Assembly: GCA_000708835.1 (NCBI GenBank)
Contig: DF236964.1
Location: 310,001 to 374,000, forward strand
Length of the DNA stretch: 64,000 bases
Direction of reading: 5' to 3'
From: Klebsormidium nitens
Lineage: Eukaryota > Plantae > Klebsormidiophyceae
Position numbers and translations under genes: made by a program. Under the pieces are notes generated by a model. It worked only from the letters and a program-made list of their open reading frames with translations. It ran no database searches and was not told the DNA's origin. Positions within the stretch are counted from its first letter, which is position 1. Every line of letters begins with the position of its first letter. This document shows, piece after piece, positions 13,901 through 28,080 of this stretch.

Positions 13901-16689
13901 CACTTAAGTCAGCTGAAACCTTCACCTTCCGTTCGCTAAGCGAAGCTTTGCGGTTGAGTCCGCTGTAGCTATCAGAAGCATCTTGTTTGCGTAAGCAGCG
14001 GACGTACCTTTCTAGGTATAAGTCCGGGACAGCATTTGGCTTGCGCGTCTGTTGCAACGGCGCGCTGATCTTCAACAACGCTCAGACAACTGTTTCCGGG
14101 TCGTTACTAGCCGGCGCTTGCCTTTTTCGGCAATGATTGGAACCGGCTGGCCATTGGGTCACGATGGCTCAGAGACGGCGGAAGAGATGGATGCCACATA
14201 ATTTGAACTTTAAACACATCGAGGGGTCCAAAGGTTCAATCTTTGCTGCTCGTGTCTGCCTCCGTGAGAAATGAGACGGTTACTGGTCTCTGGTCTCTGT
14301 GGAGTAGTCTGCCCATATGGTCTTGTGTCACGTCACCAACGGATATATAAGACAAGCAGTTTTTGTACGACTTGGGATAATCAATTGTGGGCTCTTCGAC
14401 CATGAAGGTGGTCACAGTTTACCTGGGTCTGAGCCTGCCCCCTTTCCATGGAAGCATCTCTTTGCAAACCCTGTTTTGTAAGCTGGCCTATGAAGCTGAC
14501 CCCTTGGCGAATCTGGTGCCCTTGAATGAACGAGCGCGAGGTACGGTCGCCCACTCCCTGCATGGCGGTCGGTCGGCTTACAACGCCGATCGTCCGCCGC
14601 AGTGGATTATGGAGTAATCCGATTCTACTTCGATCCTTCGAGCATCATTCAGTGGATTTCAATTACTCACAGAAGCCCTTGACAATTTCAAGCAGCAAGC
14701 CACCCCCGCTGAGGCTTGGCTGCGACATCCAGACTGGCACTCAATTGTATGCAGTGCAGTCTCGTCATCTGTTTTGTGAGCTTGAGCTGAATCCTTTGGT
14801 AGCGCTTGCGTGGCGCCCTGCGATCGTAGTGGATCTCGCGTGCGTGAATAAGGAGAAACCCCCTTCTCCTTTGCGGTCCATATAAGATTTGTCAGGTCCT
14901 AGTGGCTCAGACCGAAGCAAGTGTGCGCCTTCTGATCGAGTCTGCCAGTCGCGCGCTTTAGGCCCCGCACCGTCCAACGGGAAATGTATTGTTGACCAAG
15001 ATAGGCACAGTCGTTCTAAAGGTGACTGTTCTTCGATCGAATCTGCAATTCCTTCCTACCTTGATTGTAAGGGAAAAGTGACCACCATTTGCACTTCAGC
15101 GAAGATGCAGTAGCCAGCTCGGGGTCTAAAAGATCGACTCCGATCCGGGCCCTTGTGTTTCCTGAGCTGCGTTCCTGGGCGCCCATTGCTTTTTGAGAAC
15201 CTGCCTCCAATTGCCTCGTGAATAGTATTTGTAGATTCTGAACCAGTGGACAGACTTATACGTTTGAAAATGCCGTCTGAATATCAAATACTCCGTCGTA
15301 AGTCTTGATCGTATAAAATGAATTTTTCTTCTACTGATCAAGATATTAATATTGCATATGGCCGTCAGGATTTGCGCTGGACGAACGGCTTCGCTGTTTG
15401 ACAATCTGACTTTATTGCAGCAAGGCAGTATTGCAGCCAAGCAACAAAACATGAGCTTTGTTTTGAAGTCAAGTCTCAAACGTAGTCGCTGAAGGAAAAG
15501 AGGGAGACTGCACAACCCAATGTACATGTGAGTATTATACACGTGGCAAAGGTCCAGATTCCATTGAGCAGTAACAAAAGCCGTAAAAGAATCTGCACTA
15601 GGTTTGGCGATGACGAGCAACCTTTTGAACAGTGGCTGCTCAGGGGCTTGCATTGATTGCAAATCGGCCTGAGCCGTGTCTGGAAAGGATTTTTCCGACA
15701 ACGTTTCCAAAACTAGTGTCGACAATTGAGATTGTGTGCACAAACAGCTTCAGAGCCTGCACAGCCGCAATCGTTAGCAGCCAATTGATTCCACCAATGG
15801 TCAGAAACTCTGACCCGGTCAGCAGCCCCACCTTATCTCGCAGCTTGCAGATATTGGGTAATTATCAACCGGGCAGTCCGCTAGGATGACGTCTCGTGCG
15901 GTGCATCAAGTGTTTTTTCCATCGAACAATCGCCCCGAACATTATAATTTATGGACGCCTAATTCGTGACAGGTGTCGCAAATCTTTGCAATATGCACTG
16001 CAGTTCTATCTTCTTAAGTCCTGGATTTGTTCAATTTGCAATGGAGTGCAGAAGAATGGGCGCAGCATATGCGAGCACGCTCTCGTAAAGCAGCTTAGCG
16101 CTTTGATTGAGTCATACGACTCACTGCGGCGAGACGAGGAAGCATCGACAGCGGAAAATAAAGCTGTCGGTAATTCTGTATTGCTCCAGCTCGATCTGAA
16201 GCTCTTCAGCAACCCTTGAACCTTTCCGGTGCGTAACGGTTCCAAAGGGTGATTTGTGGAGAACGGTTCGCTTTCGTGGACGTCATCGGTATCGGAGATC
16301 CTCGCTGCACCCGTCATCAGCTCCGCAGAGTTTAGTATGATGACGTAGCTTAATGCTCTTCAAGCTTGTGCTTTTTGAATCGGGGTCGTTTTGCAGCTAA
16401 GAAGTCAATCAAACGCAATTTAATTTCAGTCAACCTCTTCGCAGTGCGGCCAAATATGCCAGATCCTGCCCAATGGGTGGAGATTAGGAACTTAAATGCT
16501 GGTGGAAGAAAATCGCAGGTATGACGTTTTCATCGCGCACTACCAAGTTCCATGAAGCGAACCGGTCCAGCATTCCGTCTCTCGAAAGCGATTCTAACGA
16601 ATATTTCTTCTTTGAATTTCGGCTCTCATAAACATCATATACGCACCTTGACATAGGTTGAGATGTGACTGCTTTCCTCAGTAACGTGT

Positions 16690-19600
16690 GAATAAACTGC
16701 AGCTTTTGGCAATGATGAATCTGCAATGGTCAGGCTGCCTGCATGGGCCGGGCCACTCTAGATTAGAGGCCTCTCCCTGATGCCATCGGATCCTCGAGAG
16801 CTTGTCGTCATTGTTGCTTGACCTGATACCAGCGTGAGTAGATCAATATGGATCACTACGTACTGGCCCTAAGAGCTTCGCTGCCAATCTTATGAACGAA
16901 TCGAACAAGTCCAAATTCAGTCCTCGTACTGCAGTCATAAGTAGAAGCTGCTGTGGGCTCCGGCGAGAAGCGTACGCGTGTTCTAAGTGGCTCATGTTCC
17001 TGCCAGATTACCGTCGAGGTGTGCTTTCTGCTTTGACGACCGTATTGAAGCTGTGTAGCGCAAGATGGGCAAGCCTCCTCCGCCAAGCAGGCCAGAGGCT
17101 AGGTTTGGTCATGTGTTGCAGAAAGGACGAGCAAGGATGAGGAGAGGCTTCATCTTGCAGGGTGTGATCCGATGAGCCGCACGCATAATCGTTCTTGAAT
17201 TGGCCCTCTGTGGCCCTAGTTCACTCTTTGCAGGTTTCGAGGGGTATCAAGATTTTGAGTTGTTCTTGCGTCAGTGTCTGCAGTGCCGATAGGCCGTCAG
17301 CACATCATTCTATCCTGTTCTAGCATTTGTCTTTGAGACCTCAGGTGCGTCGTCAGCGGTCGAATCTCCGCAGAAGTATCTCCGCCACACGCGATGTGCA
17401 AGGGGTCCAAAAGCAGCCCCACTCACCCACGCCTGATGTTAAGATTTTGTTTCTGAAGGTAATCAGTGAGAACCGGCAGGCGATGAAATCCCACGACCAG
17501 ACCGACTACGAAGACCAACGTCGGGTCAGAGCGGAACCGCTCGCATCTTGTTGCATTGGTGGAAGCGCCTTGAAAGTGGTCCAAACGGGGCGATTAGTAA
17601 ACCACCGGATTTGAATGGGCACTAAAGTTGCCGTCACGTATTCTAGTGATTAGCTTCATGTTTAGAAACCATGATTTCGTGAGCTGTATTCTTGCTTTCA
17701 AAGCGCCGACAGCCACTGCAAAGTCTACGTCTCTCATCGTTTGAGAGCTGTCGCAATGATTAAAGATCAGCCGCTGGCAAACACGACCGCAAACCAGGGC
17801 CTCGTACAGATCAATGATGCCACTTTGACAGGCCGTTACCGTGTCCTACTTTTCCACATCAAACCGCGATTCCTCTGATAGAAGCATGAGCACCCATGTG
17901 GAGCGGTTTGGATAAGCCGAAAGCTAAAACGACTGCTTTCCAGGTGTAGATAATGATGGGCGTTACAGTAAGCTGACCGTGACAGAGATTGACGTGCGAA
18001 GGCCCAGGGGCTGTAAACACTTTTAACATAGATGTTCCAGGCGCTTTCAATCGCAAACCAGAAGGCCTACTTGTCCTTATGAAACAAACAGGGTCTTTTG
18101 CGCAATTGATAAATCAGTGTCACAATTGATCTTTAAATATTAAAAGTGCAAGCTTTTTTCAGAGCGTGTACGTAAAAGACCATGAGACGTCCATGAGACA
18201 TTGGTTAAATCCTGATAGAGTACGGCCGTTCCAATTGCGCAAAGTAAGACGAAGAAGAATACGGAGAGCCTTAACTTTTGCGTAGCCGCCAAGGAATATT
18301 TCCCTTCAGTATCTAAATGAACCACATGTGCGACGTCAGCCTCTTATGATTCATGACATTCTGCGCCAATCGTCGTACATTTTCGTAACCGTTTGCAAGC
18401 TTTCCATCACTCACCTAAAAACCAAACAAAGGACTGCGCGCCGCAGAGCTGCACCCCCAAGGTAGCCTGGGATAGGAAGGAAAGTCCCACAAAGCCAATC
18501 ACCAAATTTGTTCCTTCGTCGAATGCCCTGTACGTCATTCTGCAGATTTGAAGATTTGCGGGTGTCGGGCGCTGATTCGTACACTTTGGCCTTTAACATG
18601 ATGACCAATCACTTGCTATTGACTATGAGCCGCCGAATGTTCCCTCTGCCCACGAGCGAAGTTTTGCTGTCGTCACCTCCCGGCCAGAGATTTTCTGAGA
18701 AAGGAGTCACTGGTCATTTTCAGCCGCTAGCCGCTTCAGCACTTTGGACGTCTGATCAGAGCTGCCAAGCAGGTGTGCATCAAAAAAAGTCAGGATCAAT
18801 GATCCACAAAATTTGTTCGGTGCAACATCGAAGGAAAAAGTACGACCGCCGGTCGGGGGCCAGCGCCCCCGGACCCCGACTGGCCCACCGGGCTACAATC
18901 ACCAATCATGACCAATGCAATTTAATGGAAGGGTCCAGGCTACTAGGTGTAAGCATTAAGCCAATTAGCTTACTTTGGATATTCTGCCAGATGGCAATGG
19001 CGCAGCAGGGGACTTGGTCCGATTATGGGCCAATGTAGGTCTATGCATCCTACGAACCAACAATTTTCTGCTGAGAAGTAGGTGATTCCATTTTCATAAG
19101 ATTAAGTAAAATGTAAGTTTAGAAGTGAACACCTCTGGCAGAGCATGTCGGGTTCGTGTCCTGCTTTGAATTCCTCAAGGAATCCAGAGTTAAAAATGAA
19201 CACGAGTTCGGTTCAGAAGCTGCTGGCAAAAATGATTGAAGACCATTCAGCCGCTGACGAAACAACCTGTGAACGACAATGGGCTGGCCTGTAGAATCAA
19301 CTGCTAGAGTTCCTTATTTTGATTCTGCAAGGCCGCGCCTTGACTCCCTTTGTTGATGCCAACTACAGCCCTTCTTCACTCAAGTAGTAGTCAATGACGT
19401 GCCAGACTCACTACCAAGACCAACGTCGGCCTTTACGTTATCAGACGCAGGACCGGTGTTTGCATCTTCTTGCATCGCCGAGAGCTCCTTAATTCTTGAA
19501 AGTGCTCCAAAAGGGACCTGAAGTGAATCGCGCCCAACAAAGTGACGGATAAAAGTGGATTCCGATATGATCTAGGAGGAGCACGAGAAGTACCGTCACC

Positions 19601-22520
19601 TTGTCGTTATCTGTTGTTACAGCACTGTTTTTTGATGTTATCTTACGGTGCTGAGGAGGTCAACTTTGATCTCTAAATGCGAGTCGGATCTTTCGGAGCC
19701 CTTTCTAAGCGCCCCGACAGCGAAAGCCTCGTTTAAAACTGTATCTCACTGCGAGCCGTGGCAGCAGTGATCGCAAAACAGCCGCTGCCCAAAGCGGGGC
19801 GATCGCATCTCATCCAGGTCGAGACGCCACGTTGACAGCCCGTTTCTTCATCCGATTCAAACTGTGGGTCCTCCAATGAAAGCATGAGCGCTTATCTGCA
19901 GCGGCCTGGATAAGCCAAAGCTAATTATGGAAAACTGAACTTTTGAGACCAATTTCCGGACTGCCCGCCGGTTTGGTACTGTTTTGGTCTCACTCACAGC
20001 CGCTTTAGGCGGCCTTCTTTTGATTATACAGGACTTCCTTAATATGTTGGGTTTATCTCTGGTCTCAGTATGGGCTTTCGTATATAGTACGATGACTCCT
20101 GCTTGAGCTGCAGCCAGGGCAAGAAACGAATTGGTTGATTAGCAAGCGCTTCGACGTCAGCTTCCGATACGAGAACGAGTTCCTCTCAACCCATTGAATC
20201 CCAAGCGTTTATGATGGCCATGACGAACGACGGCCAGTCGAGGTGAGTCAACCTGACTGCTGCTATGAGCCACAACCCTTTGAAGATTTCATCCCCTTTG
20301 TTGGGCGTTAATTCGTCAACGGAACGAGCTATTGATTTAAGCTTGCGACACGATGATGGCCGGAGAGCGGCAGGCCCTGGCGACGTAACGGTTCTGTCAG
20401 CGTTAAGCGATAGTTCGCGTCCGCGAGGTTCTGGAAATGTCCCTTCGCATGACGTAGCGCAGCAATCTGAGAGCGCGTATGGAGAGATTTCCTTTCACTT
20501 ATCTGGGTTGACTTGCCGAATAGTGAATAACAAGGATGCCAATGACGAGGCCGAGCAATGCTTGCCACGTTCAAGCAGAAAGGTGCTTCTTGCTGCATGG
20601 AGGCCCACCGAATAAGCAAAACCTCCGCAGTATGAGACTTAGAGCAGTCCTCGGACATGCGAGACACGTCAGAATCGAAAGAAGCCTTGCTATTGGTGGA
20701 GTTTCAGAGAATACCTTCCCAGATTGTGGCTCTTGATTTGACGGTGACCCAAATGGACCTAATCGATCTTGTCACTACAATTCCGAAGTCTTCAAGGGGA
20801 GCCGGTCTCGTAGGAGTCTATTGCAAGTTTGAGAAGGTCACGCTAAAACACCTGGACACGCCAAATAGTGTTTGGTTGTCATGCGTAGTTTTGCGTCCTA
20901 AAGGCAGGACAAAAGCAGACCTTGAATCCAATAGGGGAACGGCAATGCTTAATAAGGCGGAGCACCTGATTGGTGGCCATTTCAGACCACTGCGGCATTC
21001 CTTTTGGCTCCACCGAGTCGATTCATGCAGTGACATCACCTTCAGAGCGATAAAGTAACCAGACATGTATGATGCCAGCAGACTACAGCCGTAAGATGAT
21101 GAAATTGGTACAGCAGTACGCAAAGCTTTGATACCCTTTGAGCCCGGCTTTCGAAAGTATGAGATTCATGGGGGTGCCAGTGGTTCACCGTTATTCATCA
21201 GAATTCTCTGACATAAGGCAGCTTTCTCTCAACCCTTGGGCAGGTCTCAAACGAAGAGTCAACCGTCGAAAATGACTACTAAGAGCGTGCAGCAGCGTGG
21301 GTTCCAAGCCAGTGGCTGGAACGTGCTTAAGCGCTGCAGATTTCTGTTTGATTGCGACGTCCTCTTGTGAGCATGCTTGGTGAGGCTGGTATACCATTTA
21401 AGCAGGGACTTTCAGAACGAACAAGATGGTGCGAAGAAGACTACCGCGAAGAGCCGTTAACGCCACAGCCCACTCTTTGATGTTCGATCACTTCCGCATG
21501 AGCAGCGACCTAGAACCGCATGCCTGACGTCAACCTTTAATGTTCATGACAATCTGCGCCGTCGTCGTGTACGCTTGTAAGCGTCTGCAATCTTCGGGCG
21601 AAGGACTACCGCAGCTGCACCACTACTAATAGACCAGGAGCCTGAGACATGAAGCAAATGCCCACAAAGCCGATCAAGATTGTTACTTCGCGTGCCACCT
21701 GCGTTACTTTGCAACTCTGGAGATATGTGGCTGTCGGGCACTGATTCAGAGTTTGGCCATCAATTTAAGGGCCAGATATGGCTTTCCTTTTGGAATGAGT
21801 CGCCGACGCTTCCTCTGCTCACAAGCGAAGAGGATTTTCCGTGTCATTGCTTTGCTGTCTTTAACTCTTGGCCAAAAGGCTTCTGAGAGTTCTTCTCACA
21901 AGTCCCTGGCCACTTTTCGGCAGTAGTAGCGTCAGCAATAATCAGAGCTCTGACCAATAATCAGAGCTGCCAGCACGCGTGTTGTAAGGAACCAAATAAC
22001 GGTTCACAACGTCTCGTTTGGTGCGAGATGAGGAGAAAAAGAGCGAGCGATCCCCGGCCCGGAATCGACCTACTGGTAACGACCACGAATCATGACCATT
22101 GCAAGCTGCTGACAGGGTCAGCTTTGATTAGCATACGAAGGTTTGGATCTTATGCCCACATGGCAGTGATGCACCAGGGGACTTGGTCCGATTGTCGGCC
22201 AATGAATGGTCCATTTGCCCTGCGAGCCAGCGGATCCTCGAACCGAGTCTATTCTACGAATTGAAGTCGCTTCCGTCCACGAAACTTGCCGACCCGTCCG
22301 TCAAAGACGCTCTGGTCTTTCACCACCCGAGTCCAGCGCTTGAAATCTAACTGCGCTGCTAAAATGTATATATTGGATATCCTACATGCATTGTTATTTG
22401 AAGGACCTGAACTGCAATCGGCAATGAGGGACGCGTGCGTGAGTAGGCCTGTCGGTCAAAGAGTCGGTGACGCAAGCGTGGACCGTTGCAGAGCCGAAGT
22501 GGCAATCGGGGGGCGTAGAA
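16690..22520 (+). pseudogene. Several decayed copies of the GND/LRR-like family (18410-19040 paralogous to 21560-22260; 17740-17940 to 19740-19925); boundaries approximate
   Basis: Colinear nucleotide similarity between the blocks. + frame LRR-like motifs FEDLRVSGADS (~18550) vs GDMWLSGTDS (~21720). GND-type boxes at 16708, 18993 and 22162 are followed by the shared ggacttggtcc and/or gccagcggatc motifs. Stops and frameshifts throughout. Confidence 0.6.
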
Positions 22521-25500
22521 CTACAAGCAGTAGCCGAGTGCCGAGATCTAGAAATCTGCTCGCCGCTTTCATAAGGCTTCCCGACCGATTGGCTGGAGAG
22601 TTCGAAAGGGCCGGTTTTTTGTGCAGCAGCTCTGTTTTGAAAGATTTGTCGAGCCCATCCTGAGCCCTTAAGACTTCTAGACCCACCAACTCTCTAAGAA
22701 TGAAGCAAGTCGCGAGAGAATTTCGTTTTCATTTTATAAATGCGTTGTTTTGGAATCCAACCGGTTTTTGTACTTCTAATTTGGGTTTGCGAGTCGGGTG
22801 GTGTGGTTACTTTCTCGAAGAAACGGCGCGGCAGTCTATGAGGATCGAAAGTTCATCAATGAGCGATACGTAGGCTCATTCCTTGTTTTCTCGGAGCTCT
22901 GAGGAATTTCAAAGTCACTGGGCGTCCGAGCGGACAGCTGGGTCGACAAACGAGTCCACTGCCAGTATTTCCAATAGTCTGGTAACTCTATTGTGCCCTA
23001 ACCGCAGTGTGCCTTAAGATAGGCGCCCGGGGGACGGATGGGCTTGGCTTGGTGGTCAGAATGGGTTGGGGTGCGGAGCGCGTAAGCTTCTGGGTTAGGG
23101 CTTTTAGTTTGGTTGCTCGGGGTTTACTAATCGTAGGGCTGACAGCTGTTAGAGCTCACAAGAGTTACCAGTATATTTCCAATTGGATTTTCAACTTGAA
23201 TGCATTGCAAAATCATAAAGAGCTTCTGAAACTTCCGGAACTCGCTGCCAAGGCCTCTATTTCTAGCGGGTTCCATCTTTTCAATTGCTTGTGGCCCAAG
23301 CCCTGTCTTTCTGAACAGTGTGCCGGCAAAGATCGGGCGGTGTATCTGGGCAACGTTCATTGTGAAGTTCCGGCCGCGTGAGCCAATCTGCCTCACATTC
23401 TAGTGCGGTTGATACTCTATTCGATGGTTTTGAGATGTCGTGTTATTCTAATATCCCCTTGTGTGAAAAACTGCCAAGAAAGTACGAGTAAGCTATTTAG
23501 TAACGAGAGCGCACTCAGTCTCGCGCCTGCGCCCGACGCTTTAGAACCTTACAAGGAGTGTTCTTTGCTTCGGATGTCGGATGCTTATTCTCGGTGTCTC
23601 CGGCCTGGTTTTGACGATCATTCATCCTTGACGAGCGAAGGTGCATTCCGCCAACCGGAAGGTTCCGCGGGGCAGGCACGTGCCTACAGTACGCCGGCGC
23701 GGCGATGCAGGGTAAGTGTCAGCAGTCGGCTCTACTTTTCGAAAGCCCAGAACAGGCTTTTCTCTGCGCGGCCGCTGCGCAGATCCTCTCCCAATCTTAC
23801 TAGAACAATCTGGCTAAAGCTGTAGTTCTCAACGTGGCAATCAAATCTGGGACGTACCACCTGTCCGCTTTTGCGTACTGCAAAAGCGTTATGCCGGGCT
23901 GCTTTGTACGCGGGTTATACGTGAATGCTTCCGTCCACCTGAAAAGGGTGCGGCGCGTACCTTAGGTGCTGGAAAAGACAAGCAATCTTACATGGCCGAT
24001 AGGCCAGATTTGCCGGTCAAGCACCTGCGCAATATCCACGAAGCTGATGTTTTACTAATATAGATTGCGAAGTCTTTCCAATTATCAGCCCGAAAAGCAA
24101 GGTGCACTTTTGAGGGGAAAAGTGCACCTTCAGAAGGCCCTCGAGCCAAAAGCCTTCTCCACGCACCTTGATCTCTTGCCTGTTTACTTGACAATGAGCC
24201 CAAACGTCGGATCCTACTGTCAGGCCCTGATACACAATTGGTCAACGTGCTGGCCAAGCTTGTAAAACATCATGAAAAGGTTTGTTCTTCTCCTCATCGG
24301 TTGAGCCCCGACCGTCTCCGCTTGAGTACAAGAGATCCTCGCTGCTCTCGTTCCGAAGAGCTGTTCAAAATCAGAACCCAGCAAGGTCAACTTCGGCGGA
24401 AAACGCCATATGACACCCGCATCATAAAGAAGACCGTTAACGCTTATCATCTACCAACGAGTGATGGTCGGACAATCACTCCGGTCTCACCCGCCCTCAG
24501 ACCCAGCTTGCAATCAAAGGCACTTCTAGAAAGAACACGTACGTACCGATTAGCAGAGATGTCAGAAGTCTTCACAAAGTCAGACTGGCCTGCTTCGATT
24601 CGGTCCCGAAATGGTCGACAATTCAAAACCTTGACTAAAAAGATTAGTTGGCTTTCGTACTGATCCCCAGGCCGGTTCATCGGTTCCGTTCTGCTCGCTT
24701 TTATTGCTATTATTCTTGAGAGCGGCGCTTCAGCGGAGCTTTCTTACGTGATGACAGGACGGCGGCCGTGAAAACATATGAGCTATGCCTGGGGCCCAAC
24801 AGCAGACTAGTTTCCCATGCATAAAGAGGGTCTTCCTGAGACGCCGCACTCATCACAACAGTCGAAAGCTTTCTTCCTCTAAGTACAACACTTTGTATAG
24901 GGCCGGCATCGAATCAGATGTGACTTCGGGCCTTCTCTTGGTAGAAGAGGACTTCTACCACCAATCAAACTTGGTTAAGACTGATTCAACCTGTGTATCG
25001 GGCCGGTGGCCCAAGAGTTCAAATTCTGGCAAGCTGCTAAATTGGTAGATTCACAACACGCACGATGCATCGATGTCCCCAGATTTCCTCTTGCCCTTCA
25101 TCTTTCTGTGGCTGCGCTTTACGCATTTTGGCCCGATTGAGGCGGTGAGGTCAAGAGGGCAGAATCATAGTAAAGAAGTAGTCGCTCACGTAACTTTGCG
25201 GGCGGGGGCATGAGCCGTAGTCCAAAGTGCTTGACTAAAAACTTGGGGCGTAACTCTAAAGAAGGATCCGCTTCAACTGCAGTGTTGGATGGTGACGCAG
25301 CGCGTGCAAGCCCACTCGGCAAACGGGTCGGACTTTCCGCGGATATTGTCGTTCCACGCAAAGACGAGAACGAGTGAGGGGAGGCCTCAAGCTCCGGGCC
25401 ATGACCGGATAGAAAAGCTCCGAAAACCTACTGGCAAAATATTGAAGAACTTCGACGTAAAGTCAAGTTCGCAGAAAGACACGATAAGCTTCCCTTTATT

Positions 25501-25879
25501 ATTTTGCCTCACCTGACTTAAGATGATTTTGAATCTAAAAACTCCCCGGTCATCCGGTAGGGCAGCAGGGACAGTAATTCTCCTTTTGCCGATTGGCCAC
25601 AGGTTCTTCCGTTCGTCTTTGAGCTAGCTTCGACTTAAGCTATTTATGTCTCTTCTGAAACGGACGTCTTCGGAAATCCAACTACCACTCATGTCATCTT
25701 AGACAGAAGGAAGGATTGCGGAAGAAGCACGTCCAAACAAGGTTGATGGAAAACGGAGCTGCCCAAAACACTGGTCAGACGTGTCCGTTCGAGCTCGTCC
25801 CCTTTGAAATCCTTTGAGTATGTTTTTGGGCAGGAAATGGGGATATGATGAGGCCGTGAGGCAGTGATCCGCTAATTCT

Positions 25880-28080
25880 GGCTGTGTTAGCCAGCAATCG
25901 CGATTTGTGAGCCGCCAAGTGCCTGCACCATGAGCGACGAAGTCCGACATTTGATGCTTTTTTGTCTTCGTCGCTTGGCCAGAAAGATTCTTCAAGGTTT
26001 CGTACCGGTGATCTGTCAGGTCCTTATTGGCAGCCAGGGCCGGGCGCAGGTGACTAAATGTCAAATTCAAGCTGCCAGGCAGGTGTGGTCAAACACCCAA
26101 GGAACCCGCAACTGTTTCGTTAGTTGTGAAAATTCAAGTCAAGAGAGCAGTTTGAGAGCTTCAATATACTTGTGGGCTGCCTTCCTGCGAAGTGCATTTG
26201 GAAGAACGTAGTCGGCATGATGATTTGCCAGGCCAAAGAATAAAACGTCGATCAATGTGCTGCCAGATGTGCAAGTCCGGCCCACCTGCACAGAAGTCGA
26301 ACCTGGTCCATGGTTTGATCAGAATGATTCCCAAACGTGTTTATCTGAGCCGGGGTATCCGCAGGAGATGTCTCTGCTGCGAATTGATCGCCTCCATCTG
26401 TATAGTTCAACTGCCGGAGAAGCTCCAGCGGACTTGAATCACTGGGCTGACGTCACAAACCAGAACACGTGCTTTGCGGGAAAAATTGTGCGTTAGCGCT
26501 AACGCCATCCATGCCTCGTCCACTGTTGACGTCTATAAAAACCGAGCCACATGAGTTCTTGTGCTTTCTTAGTGTTCGAAGAAGTCGAAGCCAAGTCGGC
26601 CATATGAGGGACGCGTTAGTGAGAAGGATTATTGCTCAAGAGGCTGGGCGTAGTGACGTACCTAAGGCAGACCCGAGACTCAAATGAAATGATGCACTGG
26701 GGCATACAACATTTTGGTAGCCAACTTGTCACATACTTGTGTCAAACTTGAATGTTGCGGACAGCGAAGGATTAAAACGAGTTTCGACATGCGGACTGTG
26801 CGAGGTGGGGATTTCATCGTACGCAAATCTTCTGTGGGTCTTGGCAGCAGTACGCACCACGAAGCTAGGACGTCCGATTCTGATTCAAGCTTCTGACGAC
26901 TGTGCATCTGCGTAACCAATTCTGCGTAAGGATCATGAACGAAAAGCGGAATGTCATTCGGACTCACAGCCTTTGAAAAGGCTCTCATTTACGCCGTTTT
27001 TAACGGCTTTCAGAACATGTAGTCCGAGAATCGGCTGTGCCCTTGGCTTGAAGACGCGGGGTAGCGGCACCATATGTATATAACGCACCTTCGTTCATTT
27101 GGGCAGGGAAACACGGTCCGGTGGCCAGACAAAGGCAACTTAATACTCGATGGACCTCTGAGCCACGTCTCAAGTGATCGAATATTCCTTCCATGCAATC
27201 CTCACCCGTCGTGTCTTTCAAGGACGGTCGACTGCCGCAACTAAAGAAGACCTCGAAAAACGCCGGGGTCGGTCGGTCGGTCAGTCGGTCGACTTTTTTG
27301 CGAAGTCGGTCGAGCTCGTCTCCTGCAATTTTTAGCTGCTTTAATCCTGCAGACTTGGAGCTTCAAGAGGCGACAGTTGGGCACCATGTTTGTTGGATCT
27401 AACTTTCCAACCCATCGCGGGCCAGCGTTCGACGCTCTGTCATAAGCCGAGCCCCTCAAGAGCTCCACCAAAGCAACGCAATCCGTTCACCCGTTAACTT
27501 CTGGTGTCGTTGTTTGATCACACAACGACATGACTAGCTGTTGAGCTTTCCTAATTAGATCCATCACATTCCTTTTGGCGCGACCGCCAGCGCCTGACGT
27601 GTGCAACTCGTCACGAATAATTCGCCACGCCGGCATATGTATGGGAAGTCTTCAAGGAGATCACGCTTTCTCTTTCACTGCAGAGTGTTTTACAATGAAA
27701 CAGAGAGCAGGCTTGATCTGGCCGCCTGGCGATGATGCATCGCAGAACCTGGTCCGGTTTCGGGCCAGGAGGGCTGCGGATCAAGAGCCAGCGATTGATT
27801 CAAAAAATACGTCTGCAGTGCGAACATCTGCGGCCTGGACACAATCGGAAGTACTTAGGGCTCGTCCGCTTGAGAAGCTCTGACGTTCAAGAAGGTGACG
27901 GCGAGAGCCAGCACGAACTCAAAGGTGCTTGCGCCAGTCACGCCTTCCGGCGCCAATAAAAGTTTGCGCCGTTCGTACATACTTGATTATCCTATGCTGT
28001 ATCTACTGATCGAATAACGACCCAAGGCCTACGCACATGGATATGAGGGACGCTTGGGTGAGCAGAACTTTCCCTCAATC
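25880..28080 (+). pseudogene. Further decayed GND/LRR-like family copies
   Basis: A box at 27728 (ggcgatgatgcatcgcagaacctggtcc) is followed by the family blocks gagccagcac..ggtgcttgcgcc (~27905) and atgagggacgc..gtgag (~28050, also ~26600). 25880-26200 resembles 18600-18760. Confidence 0.55.
27267..27312. repeat. (GGTC)n micro-repeat, reverse complement of the GACC repeats in the TIR element at 35.8 kb
   Basis: ggtcggtcggtcggtcagtcggtcg at 27267-27291 plus gtcggtcg at ~27305. Confidence 0.7.

Noticed and set aside
24220-24680. Roc-COR (ROCO) assignment for LLYDAGVIWRF
   Set aside because: A single short resemblance; no Roc GTPase motifs (GxxxxGKT, WDxAGQ) were found upstream.
27200-27235. 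LSU rRNA-like cgtgtctttcaaggacggtcg
   Set aside because: Only a loose match to the reverse complement of a short rRNA motif, with no flanking rRNA similarity.
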